In this document: positions 23,828-32,000 of the stretch, piece by piece
How positions within the stretch are numbered: the stretch's first letter is position 1
Layout of the letters: each line of letters opens with the position of its first letter
Assembly (NCBI GenBank): GCA_041674405.1
Contig: JBAYVT010000004.1
Span: 90,001 to 122,000 of the forward strand
Reading direction: 5' to 3'
Length of the DNA stretch: 32,000 nt
From: Patescibacteria group bacterium
GTDB lineage: Bacteria > Patescibacteriota > UBA1384 > XYA2-FULL-43-10
Translations under genes and position numbers: made by a program
Notes under the pieces: generated by a model
Told to the model about the DNA's origin: nothing
Databases searched by the model: none
What the model saw: only the letters and a program-made list of their open reading frames with translations

Positions 23828-26045
23828 AGAAAAATTTGAAATAAATGAATGAACCAGCGGCAATTAATATGCTGCAAATTGCTAAAATGCTGAATACTTT
23901 CTGTGCCGAATATTCAATTGTCATTGTATAATCCCCCTGTTCGCGAACATACCAGCCATTGGCATAACCATTTGCAAGGTAATGTTGGCCTTCATCAATT
24001 TTCTGGGTTTTTCCATTTTTATTGATCGTGACTTTCCAATTTTTATTATAACTTGCAAGGAAGGTCAGTATATAAGGCGAATTTGCGTTCTTAACTTGAA
24101 CGGAATATTTAGTAGGGCTAATTTTTGAAAAGATTGTTTCGGGCGATTTTCCAGAAATATTTAAATCTGCAAGCGAAGACGGCATATTAAAATCTTTGGC
24201 TTCTGGCGTGAAAAATATTACAGGTTGTTTTGTAAAATCAATATTACCCAAGTAACCATCAAGGCTCTCGGTTTGCCCGCCTTGGCGATCGATATTAATA
24301 TCACTCATATGAATGTCAGTAGTAGTGTAGATTTGAGGTAGGTTTGTGCCTGACTTATAAAAATCCAATCCTCCGATTTTTCTTTCCAGCCCAATATTTT
24401 CTTGGGTGGACAGGTTTTTTTCAATTGTTTCTTTTGAATTGATTGTGCGGAGAAACGACTCAGAATCACCGCGCACCATGAGTGTATCTACGCCCATAAG
24501 AGCAAGGATGCGATCGAGATGGACACCAAGACCGGCGTGATTAATTTCGTCATAAGCGATCGTCATCATATCAACAGAATGAGAAAAGGCCAGCCTGTTT
24601 TCAGGATAATCTCGCACAATAGGTTTGTTAAATAAATAACGGGTGAAATCAGGCATATCATAATATGCCCAAGTGAATTTTGACAGCCATTCTTCCTGGG
24701 GTAATATTAATATTCTGCCTTCTCCCTGATTTTTGAGCCAATCGGCGGCTTCATAATATTCCTGAGGAATTGTTACTGGTTTAATGCTTTGTTTCATATC
24801 TCCTGTGATCATCGGATATTCGCCAATGAAAACCAATGCCAACATTAAGGAGACAAAGATTATTTTTGCATAAGATTTCTTAAAAAATGCAAGAATTTCG
24901 TCCGCGGCAAAGGAAAAAAGAACGCAGTAAGAAAAAATAGTCCAGATAGCAAACCTATATGGGTTTCTGAACATTTGCAGAATGGGAATCTTCATCATAA
25001 AAAACTGGATAGGCTTACCAAAAACACTATTGCGCCCAGCAGCAAGAACGAAAGAGACAATCAGCAGGATAAGTAAAAACCAAATCATTTTTTTGCGTTC
25101 TGGGCTGGTATTTCTTCCGATAATTCTTATGATTGAATAAATCAAAGTGATCGAAACTAAAATTGCGATTGCACAGAGGGGCCCGGAGGTTGGTGCCGGA
25201 ACACCCCTAACTAACAAGAGGTTAATCGGAGTTGCTGCTTGGGATATTAGCTTCCAAGTAAATAACCATAGGCGATTAATGTCCCCGATTTGCGAGCTTC
25301 CGCCCAGTCCAAGAACTGCCGGAACAAGCCACCAGATATTTAAAACAACCACATAAACAATTGAAAGAATCGTAAATTTGGCAACATTCTTGCGGTTTTT
25401 GCCCGTTGCTATCTCGTACAGTAACCAGAAATACAAAGGCAGCATATGCACCACAAATGAAGGCATGTTGGTAATTGCCATAAAAACGCTGACTATCCCA
25501 ATATACAAAGCGTAAATGGGCTTTTTGTTCTCCACGCCCAATTTTCCCAGTAGAAATACGAGTGGAATGAAAGCATAAGAAAAAATTGCTATATGCTCTC
25601 CCTGAGAGACATAGAGCCCCATAATCGGGTTAAAAATATAAAACAACCCAGCCAATAATGATGCGAAATGATGTTTGCCGCGCAAGATATTTCTTGTAAG
25701 AAGGTACATCGAAAGCCCAGCTAAAAATATTCCGGCAACATACCAAATTCTCTCAATCGCACCGATTGATAAACCAAGAGTATTAAGGCTGGCTAGGATT
25801 CCATAAAAAGGAATTTGGGACAAAAATGCAGATGAGATATCGTAACCCATCGTTACTTTGTCGTACCATACGGATAGGGAAGAGTGCAGGTTTGAGAGAG
25901 GGGCCAAGGGAAAATCCGCATCGGTTCCGTCAATAATTCCCAAGATCCCTGTCTTCCAAATGGGTAAGATTGCAGAAAACAAAAGAATCGGCAGATCGAT
26001 GAGCAAAGGGTTTATGCGCGTAAACCAATTTTTGAGTCTATTCAT
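23811..26045 (-). CDS. Large GT-C-like polytopic membrane protein (paralog 2)
   Basis: 744 aa; FASLLAGLFYIFNPIMGLYVSQGEH; C-terminal YNKNWKVTINKNG...YLANGYANGWYVREQGDYTMTIEY. Confidence 0.82.
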   Translation of the reverse strand: MNRLKNWFTRINPLLIDLPILLFSAILPIWKTGILGIIDGTDADFPLAPLSNLHSSLSVWYDKVTMGYDISSAFLSQIPFYGILASLNTLGLSIGAIERIWYVAGIFLAGLSMYLLTRNILRGKHHFASLLAGLFYIFNPIMGLYVSQGEHIAIFSYAFIPLVFLLGKLGVENKKPIYALYIGIVSVFMAITNMPSFVVHMLPLYFWLLYEIATGKNRKNVAKFTILSIVYVVVLNIWWLVPAVLGLGGSSQIGDINRLWLFTWKLISQAATPINLLLVRGVPAPTSGPLCAIAILVSITLIYSIIRIIGRNTSPERKKMIWFLLILLIVSFVLAAGRNSVFGKPIQFFMMKIPILQMFRNPYRFAIWTIFSYCVLFSFAADEILAFFKKSYAKIIFVSLMLALVFIGEYPMITGDMKQSIKPVTIPQEYYEAADWLKNQGEGRILILPQEEWLSKFTWAYYDMPDFTRYLFNKPIVRDYPENRLAFSHSVDMMTIAYDEINHAGLGVHLDRILALMGVDTLMVRGDSESFLRTINSKETIEKNLSTQENIGLERKIGGLDFYKSGTNLPQIYTTTDIHMSDINIDRQGGQTESLDGYLGNIDFTKQPVIFFTPEAKDFNMPSSLADLNISGKSPETIFSKISPTKYSVQVKNANSPYILTFLASYNKNWKVTINKNGKTQKIDEGQHYLANGYANGWYVREQGDYTMTIEYSAQKVFSILAICSILIAAGSFIYFKFFYEKTR

Positions 26046-26071
26046 AAATATAAAGCTTAGGTTACTTTAGA

Positions 26072-26100
26072 AAAATACCAGAAGCACTTCTAAAAAGCAA
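26072..26100 (-). promoter_or_regulatory. Candidate promoter TTGCTT-N17-TATTTT for the 26045 operon
   Basis: Minus strand -35 at 26100-26095, -10 at 26077-26072; spacer contains AGAAG-ca-CTTCT. Confidence 0.45.
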
Positions 26101-26126
26101 TTGCAGGTCAGCAGCATCTTAAGCTG

Positions 26127-26135
26127 TGATATAAT
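26127..26135 (+). promoter_or_regulatory. Extended -10 promoter TGaTATAAT
   Basis: Perfect extended -10, about 10 nt upstream of ATG 26146. Confidence 0.6.
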
Positions 26136-26145
26136 TTTTTAAGCC

Positions 26146-27258
26146 ATGAAAAAAAATTGGATCAAAGAGATAGACTATTTAAGAGCTGTCGCCATACTAG
26201 CTGTAATTTTAATTCATGCAACAGACCCCTGGGATTCTATTACTCCACTTACGTCTGTCGGTATCATTGCCCTGACACTAAATGAACTATCAATTTTTGG
26301 GGTTTCCTTCTTCTTTGTAATAAGCGGCATGGTTTTATTCCGGAGCATGCAAAAAAAAGATGCGATCATTCCATTCTACCTGCGGCGCATCCAGTCAATT
26401 CTGATTCCATATCTTTTTTTCACGATAATTTATGAGATTTTCAAAAAATTCTATTTAGGCATACCCTTGTCGCAGGCCACAGTTTTTCATGATTTGTATA
26501 CGGGCCAAGGTTATTTCCATTTCTGGTTCCTTGTCGTGCTATTTTATTATTATCTAATTTATCCTTTTCTTTACCGAATTTTTATAAAGTTTAAGCAGTT
26601 AAACCCCTTTTTAAACGGGATTGTCTTTATTGTTTTTCTGGTTCTTCCTTTTTTGTGGCAAATAACATCAAGTAAATTTGGATTAGCAAAGATCGATGGA
26701 CAAGTTAGAATCACTGAGTTTTTCCGCTATTTACCATTTCTGTATGGCGGTATCGCGATCTCAGCAAATTATGAAAGAATAAAACAAAATTTGCACCTTA
26801 CAAAAACTTTAATATTGGCATCAGTTTCTTTGGTTGCCATTTTTACATTGATATTTTCAATCTATCTTGCGGTGAATCACCCTGGAATTTTTGTTCATAT
26901 TCAGGGTATCTATCACTATTACAGCCTCATATTTCTCCCATTTTATGTGTTTCCTTTATTTTTTATTCTTATTAAATTTTTTTCTTCAGTAAATATAAAT
27001 CAATCCGTTTTGAATCTACTTAAAAAGATCGGTGATTATTCTTTGGGTATATATTTGATTCACATAATGTATAATATTCTTATATTTGGTGAGCTGATAT
27101 ACAAATATCTCAATCTGACATGGAATAATATCCTGGCTTATATTTTACTTTTTATCGGTTCCTCTTTAGCGAGCATTTTAACCATCTGGATAATCTCTAA
27201 AATACCGTATTCCGGATGGATATTAGGAAATAGGGTACGTAATGCAAAAACAATCTAG
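26146..27258 (+). CDS. Acyltransferase family 3 (OafA/YrhL-type)
   Basis: EIDYLRAVAILAVILIHA, GVSFFFVISGMVLFRS, YFHFWFLVVLFYYYLIYPFL. Confidence 0.93.
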   Translation: MKKNWIKEIDYLRAVAILAVILIHATDPWDSITPLTSVGIIALTLNELSIFGVSFFFVISGMVLFRSMQKKDAIIPFYLRRIQSILIPYLFFTIIYEIFKKFYLGIPLSQATVFHDLYTGQGYFHFWFLVVLFYYYLIYPFLYRIFIKFKQLNPFLNGIVFIVFLVLPFLWQITSSKFGLAKIDGQVRITEFFRYLPFLYGGIAISANYERIKQNLHLTKTLILASVSLVAIFTLIFSIYLAVNHPGIFVHIQGIYHYYSLIFLPFYVFPLFFILIKFFSSVNINQSVLNLLKKIGDYSLGIYLIHIMYNILIFGELIYKYLNLTWNNILAYILLFIGSSLASILTIWIISKIPYSGWILGNRVRNAKTI

Positions 27259-29416
27259 AGTACGAATAATGCTTCTGCCGCTTTCTGTGCTTGCTTTTAT
27301 GTTGCTGCTTTTTTGGCCGTACCGACATGGTATTGGCAACTATTGGGATTGGACTGTCCCATATTTCAATTTGAATTTTTGGGATGCTATTCTTGGCAAG
27401 CTGTTGATATGGCAAGGCATTACATTTGGCCAGTCGCTGCCATACAATTCTGGCATGTATTGGCAACTTGTACTGAGCGCAATATATTCAATACGGATTC
27501 CGACCGAATATCTTGTCTACCTCGGCCTTTCGTTTTTTGGTTTTTTTACGATCTGGATCGTTTGGAAGACATGCAAACCCAAGAAGGAAAAGATCAATTT
27601 TCTCTATTTGCTCATCGCAATGGCCTCATTCCTTAATCCGGCCATTTACTACAAGCTATTGGCCGGCCATATGAACTATTATTTTTCTTTTCTTTTGTTT
27701 GTTGTTTTAATTTACTATCTTCTTAAAAAATTTAAACCGACATTAAAACATTATCTTGTGTTGGCAATTATTCTGGCATTTGTCGGAGCCCAGATTCAAT
27801 TCTTTCTTTTTGCCATTCTGGCCCTGCTGGTTTATTTTATTGTTTATCGCGAGAGATTCCGTTGGAAGTTCGCCATATGGACTGCTGTGATTGCTTTTTT
27901 CATAAACTTGCCATGGATGGTGAATATTTTTTTTGGCGTGAATAATGTAAGCCAAATTTCCGGTATCGCTGGGAGTGAATCTTTTTCTGCAGCAATGTTT
28001 ACGAACCCTGCTAGAATTTTTGCGATGGTTTTTGCCCCCGCCACAAACATTCAATACGCTTTCCCCAAAATTGCATTTGGTTTTTTTGCCGTATTTAGTT
28101 TGGTTTTAGTATCATCAATTATTATTTTCTTCGCAAAAAGAAAATATGTTGGCCAAAGGGGGAAAGACGCGATTTTCATCATCATTCTTTGGGCAATTTT
28201 TGTTTTTCTCTGTACTGGATTATTTAACTATTTGAAAATTCCATACGTGCAGGATTTGTATCCGCTTTTACGCGAGTCTGGCCATTTTGCCCCACTCATT
28301 CTTCTAACCGGTTTGCTTGCCTTGGCGTTTATTTGGGATGAATTGAGGCCTGCTAAATTGATAAAAAGCTTGCTTATTGTGTATATGGCGCTGTTTATTA
28401 TTATTAATTTTTATACTTTTTATCGCTATCTTCCAAAGGTCAATTATGCCTTGGCGCGTGAGAGTTTTTCCCAAACCAAAACTTATCTGGATGATGAGGT
28501 TGGCGCATTTAACGTTGCTGAATACCCATTTTGGAATCAGTACGGATTTGTGGGCCAAGAAATTGATGTTGTGCAAGAAAAACAGATCAACCAGAGCGGC
28601 TGGGATAGTTTTATCCTCTATTCCGGGCAAGATTTCTTGTCGAATTATCATGATGGTGGAAAAAATATCAATGATTCTTTTCAATACGCCATTTTAAAAA
28701 ATAATGCCCTGGAGAAACTTCGAAGCCATAATATTAAATATCTTCTTGATTTTTCCTCCATTTATAAGAGCAATTATGGTTTTTATACCTCGCCTGATAG
28801 ATATGAGAGCAACCCAAGCTTACTCAATAATCCCAATTTTGTTCCCTCGCTTCTGGCTGAAAACCAGCAGGAAATTAATAAAGTTTCGGAAAACGTTTAT
28901 GAAATCAAAAATAGTCTTCCTAGAATTTATGGCGACGGGGTAACATTCAAACGTGTCAACTCCACAGAATACAAAATTCAAATCAAAAATCTCAAAGATT
29001 CAACACCCCTGTATTTTTTGGATAATTACAATAATGGATGGAAGATATATTTAAGTGAAAGCAAAGGTTCTCTTTGTTCAAATCCAACTAATTTTTCCGC
29101 CCAGAAAACGAGTGAATGCCAGTCAAAAGATCAAATTGATTTAACTGCCCTCGGTTACCTTCGATCGCCTTCGTTTGCAAACAGCACGCACAAAATGATT
29201 TCCGGATATGCAAATAGTTGGAATTTCAGCATCTCTGAATTGAAAAATAATCCCGATTATAAAAAATATGCCACAGAAAATTCTGATGGCACTATCGATC
29301 TAACACTTACTTTGTTGTTTTTGCCACAGGTTTACTACTATGTTGGAATGGCCGTAAGCCTAATGGCAATTCTAGCCGTGGTTTTTATGGTAGTTTTTCT
29401 CAAGCCCCAGGATTAG
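27242..29416 (+). CDS. Large GT-C-like polytopic membrane protein (paralog 3)
   Basis: 724 aa; N-terminal TM region; C-terminal YNNGWKIYLSES...HKMISGYANSWNFSISE shared with paralogs 1 and 2. Confidence 0.82.
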   Translation: MQKQSRVRIMLLPLSVLAFMLLLFWPYRHGIGNYWDWTVPYFNLNFWDAILGKLLIWQGITFGQSLPYNSGMYWQLVLSAIYSIRIPTEYLVYLGLSFFGFFTIWIVWKTCKPKKEKINFLYLLIAMASFLNPAIYYKLLAGHMNYYFSFLLFVVLIYYLLKKFKPTLKHYLVLAIILAFVGAQIQFFLFAILALLVYFIVYRERFRWKFAIWTAVIAFFINLPWMVNIFFGVNNVSQISGIAGSESFSAAMFTNPARIFAMVFAPATNIQYAFPKIAFGFFAVFSLVLVSSIIIFFAKRKYVGQRGKDAIFIIILWAIFVFLCTGLFNYLKIPYVQDLYPLLRESGHFAPLILLTGLLALAFIWDELRPAKLIKSLLIVYMALFIIINFYTFYRYLPKVNYALARESFSQTKTYLDDEVGAFNVAEYPFWNQYGFVGQEIDVVQEKQINQSGWDSFILYSGQDFLSNYHDGGKNINDSFQYAILKNNALEKLRSHNIKYLLDFSSIYKSNYGFYTSPDRYESNPSLLNNPNFVPSLLAENQQEINKVSENVYEIKNSLPRIYGDGVTFKRVNSTEYKIQIKNLKDSTPLYFLDNYNNGWKIYLSESKGSLCSNPTNFSAQKTSECQSKDQIDLTALGYLRSPSFANSTHKMISGYANSWNFSISELKNNPDYKKYATENSDGTIDLTLTLLFLPQVYYYVGMAVSLMAILAVVFMVVFLKPQD

Positions 29417-30650
29417 TAGCTTTGGCGATGGAATTTAGTGTTTTTGGATAGATATAGAATTTTGTCTTGGCTTTGTTCTTTTTGCTTGCATAATTTATTG
29501 CGTCATTGATATCGGAGAAGCACTTAAACGGGGTATTTTCAAAAAGTTTCTGGTTGCCCGAAACAAAGACAATATCGTATTTACGAAGATGTTTTAAAAC
29601 CATGTATGTTCTGTGCCCACCCGCTTTGAAGCCCACCTTTTTGATATGGGATAAAAATTCCGCTGGATCCTTGATGGACCTAAGGTCTTTGTAAAACCGA
29701 ATTTCGCCAATTCCGTTCCCGGCACCCTCTGATAGCTCCGCAGCTATAATCAAACAACCGCCGGTTTTTATAATCGGATTTTCAACGTCGAGTAAATAAT
29801 TTATTACCCTAGAGGCCTGATACAGGTTTGAATCCTTGGGAAACCCCAAACCGCAAATGGCCGCATCGGCCACACCATCTACTGATAATATAAAATTCTC
29901 TTTTACAAACTTGATCCCATCCTTGTAAACCTTTTCAAGCTGGCCGGAAAAGCACTTTAGAAGATTTCCCTGGGCATCATTCACCAAATTAATTGAGTAA
30001 TCGATTTTTATTGGTTTGATAATTTCCCAAAGAGTTTGATGAAAAGGATTCGACTCGGTCTCGCAAAGTTTTGTGTTCTCATCTCCAAGAAATTTAAGGC
30101 TATGGGTTGCATTTATTGTCGGTTCTCCGGCGCAACCTATCGCGATTGTTTTTGGGCCGCCGCTAAAGCCGGCATATAGATGAGGCTCAATTACCCCTAT
30201 CGTCATAATAAAATCATGGTTTAACAACAATTTGTTTAAAACAATTGGGACCCCCAAGGATGTAACACCCAGATTTTTGTGTGTTTTTTTGTCTTGTGTA
30301 TGAGAAATAATCCGATATCTCTCTGCAATTTCTTGCCCGAACATCTCGTTTATTTGCTCTTTGTCCTGGGCTTTATGCAGGCCCGTTGCAATCAATATCT
30401 CTACTTCACAACCAGTTTTTTCAAACATCGGCAAAACTGCTTCCAAAATTTCATTAAGATGGGCCTTGCGCGTAATGTCAGGCACTACAATCAGTGCTTT
30501 TTTCCTGCCCTGGATTATATTTTCCAAATCGGTAAAATCGGTTTTTGTATCCGCGATTTTTGATGGGCCCAGAGGCTTGATTATGCCAAGGAGATTTTTG
30601 CCTGAAAGGTTTACAGAAACTTGTTTTTTACCATAAGAAATATAGTGCAT
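29400..30650 (-). CDS. LarA-family protein (nickel-dependent lactate racemase-like)
   Basis: VVPDITRKAH, IATGLHKAQ, GVIEPHLYAGFSGGPKTIAIGCAGEPTINATH, GLGFPKDSNLYQA. Confidence 0.88.
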   Translation of the reverse strand: MHYISYGKKQVSVNLSGKNLLGIIKPLGPSKIADTKTDFTDLENIIQGRKKALIVVPDITRKAHLNEILEAVLPMFEKTGCEVEILIATGLHKAQDKEQINEMFGQEIAERYRIISHTQDKKTHKNLGVTSLGVPIVLNKLLLNHDFIMTIGVIEPHLYAGFSGGPKTIAIGCAGEPTINATHSLKFLGDENTKLCETESNPFHQTLWEIIKPIKIDYSINLVNDAQGNLLKCFSGQLEKVYKDGIKFVKENFILSVDGVADAAICGLGFPKDSNLYQASRVINYLLDVENPIIKTGGCLIIAAELSEGAGNGIGEIRFYKDLRSIKDPAEFLSHIKKVGFKAGGHRTYMVLKHLRKYDIVFVSGNQKLFENTPFKCFSDINDAINYASKKNKAKTKFYIYPKTLNSIAKATNPGA

Positions 30651-30672
30651 TTATAACTCTAGTGTTAAATAT

Positions 30673-31479
30673 TTACAGGGTTTTGAATAATTTATATGGC
30701 CAACGGATGATGCGCATTATCAGTGTGGCCAGCCTTCCATTGTGTTTATACCAAAAATACGTTTGTGATCTGTAATAATATTTCTTGCGGGCGCTGCTAG
30801 TTTTTATGCTTCTTCCTTCTAAGTGAATAATCTTGGCAGAATTCAAAACTGCGTTTTGGTACCCAACGTCCGAGAGGCGTTTGCAAAGATCATCATCTTC
30901 TAAATACATAAATATGTTTCTGTCGAAACCACCTACGTCCTCAAATTTCTTACGTTCAAGCATCATGGCGGCACCAACTACGATATCAGCAGTAAAGTAC
31001 TCTTTTGAAAAATCAATCTTATGGTCGTTGTAACGGCGGATAGTTACGGAACCGAGATTTTGAAATGATGCAAAAAAGTTTTTTTGAATTATTCCGTCCT
31101 CATGATATAGGAGCGGCGATAGGGCACCAATTTTGGGATGTTTATCTAGAAAAGAAACCATTTTTGATGGAGAGTCATCCGTCAGAAGAGTGTCCGAGTT
31201 CAAAAACCACAGATATTTTCCTTTAGCATCTTTTGCGCCTAAGTTATTCCCCTTACCAAAACCAAGATTGGTTTTTGAAAAAATGACCTTGATTTTTTCA
31301 GGAGGCAGTAATTTGCGGAGTTTTACTGAATCTATCTTTGACTTGTCGCCGGATCCGTTGTCGACAACTATTACCTCGTAATTTAGCCGGACATATTTTG
31401 CAATTGTTCGCAAAGAATCCTGTACCAGATCAGGCGTGTTGTAATTTATCATGACAATTGAGAGTTCCGGCGTTTTCAT
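30673..31479 (-). CDS. Glycosyltransferase family 2 (rhamnosyltransferase-like)
   Basis: ELSIVMINYNTPDLVQDSLRTI, VVDNGSGDKSK, LGFGKGNNLGAKDAKGKYLWFLNSDTLL, MYLEDDDLCKRL. Confidence 0.9.
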   Translation of the reverse strand: MKTPELSIVMINYNTPDLVQDSLRTIAKYVRLNYEVIVVDNGSGDKSKIDSVKLRKLLPPEKIKVIFSKTNLGFGKGNNLGAKDAKGKYLWFLNSDTLLTDDSPSKMVSFLDKHPKIGALSPLLYHEDGIIQKNFFASFQNLGSVTIRRYNDHKIDFSKEYFTADIVVGAAMMLERKKFEDVGGFDRNIFMYLEDDDLCKRLSDVGYQNAVLNSAKIIHLEGRSIKTSSARKKYYYRSQTYFWYKHNGRLATLIMRIIRWPYKLFKTL

Positions 31480-31499
31480 AACGTTTGTTGGGGATTCGA

Positions 31500-32000
31500 T
31501 TAGAAAAAACCCATTAATTTATCCATATAACGAAAAGATACCTTGCGTTCGCGCAGAATTTTCTTTCGCTTTTCAATCATTTTTCCATGCTCGCTGATAC
31601 ATGTTTTGACGGCCCAGATATATTCAGTGAAATATCCTTTTACGATTGCTGCTGCTAAAAATCGGAGCTCAGAAAGCAGAATCAGGGGGGAATAAATAAT
31701 TATTCTGCTCAAAGGAAAATTTTTGTACATCACATGCCAGCGGTTTTTATTGATGTATTTAAACACAAACCCAGATTTTTTGCCTGCAGAAGCAGACCCC
31801 ATGTGATAGATTATGGCACCTGGCACAAAGAGGCATTTAAATCCTGCATATTGGGCCCTTAAGCTGATATCAACGTCCTCTAGATACATAAAGAAATCTT
31901 CGTCAAATAAACCGATTTTTTCAAATAGCGCTTTTCTGTATACGGAAGCTCCTGCGCAGGCACCAAAAACATATTTTTCAGAATCAAAGTTTTCGTTGTT
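31500..32000 (-). CDS. Glycosyltransferase family 2, 5' end beyond window
   Basis: Frame stays open to the window edge: NNENFDSEKYVFGACAGASVYRKALFEKIGLFDEDFFMYLEDVDISLRAQYAGFK. Confidence 0.88.
   Translation of the reverse strand, partial: NNENFDSEKYVFGACAGASVYRKALFEKIGLFDEDFFMYLEDVDISLRAQYAGFKCLFVPGAIIYHMGSASAGKKSGFVFKYINKNRWHVMYKNFPLSRIIIYSPLILLSELRFLAAAIVKGYFTEYIWAVKTCISEHGKMIEKRKKILRERKVSFRYMDKLMGFF

Noticed and set aside
1-32000. CRISPR arrays, tRNA/rRNA genes, transposases or integrases
   Set aside because: No regularly spaced repeats, tRNA cloverleaf, rRNA segment or recombinase motif recognised by eye. A scan with tRNAscan-SE/Infernal would be needed to exclude weak tRNAs.

Overview
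The window looks like a chromosome segment from a small-genome, host- or community-associated bacterium, possibly Patescibacteria/CPR (inference from gene content and style only). From about 4.2 kb to the right edge it is dominated by a cell-surface polysaccharide locus. Recognisable parts are glycosyltransferases, a Wzx-like flippase, a plant-glucuronokinase-like GHMP kinase, GalU, a UDP-xylose-synthase-like decarboxylase, UDP-glucose dehydrogenase, a DegT aminotransferase + ferredoxin + WlbA-like dehydrogenase + hexapeptide acetyltransferase module, three paralogous giant GT-C-like membrane proteins, an acyltransferase-3 and a LarA-family protein. Set into the AT-rich backbone are visibly GC-rich monocistronic genes: a tandem GNAT, a RimJ-like GNAT and a TIM-barrel protein. 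These are bounded by unusually strong perfect hairpins, mostly without U-tracts, and by structured leaders. The best unexplained signals are: (1) an unannotated 4006-4175 locus with a consensus-like promoter, four consecutive hairpins and no substantial ORF (candidate small RNA); (2) a terminator/antiterminator-like leader at 77-158; (3) the GC-rich gene-plus-hairpin units; (4) a glucuronokinase/GalU/UXS/UGD nucleotide-sugar module; (5) a 4Fe-4S ferredoxin inside the amino-sugar operon; (6) an orphan Phd-like domain with a Pro/Ala-rich tail, next to a membrane PAS protein with a carboxypeptidase-regulatory-like domain and no kinase. No CRISPR array, tRNA, rRNA or transposase was recognised.
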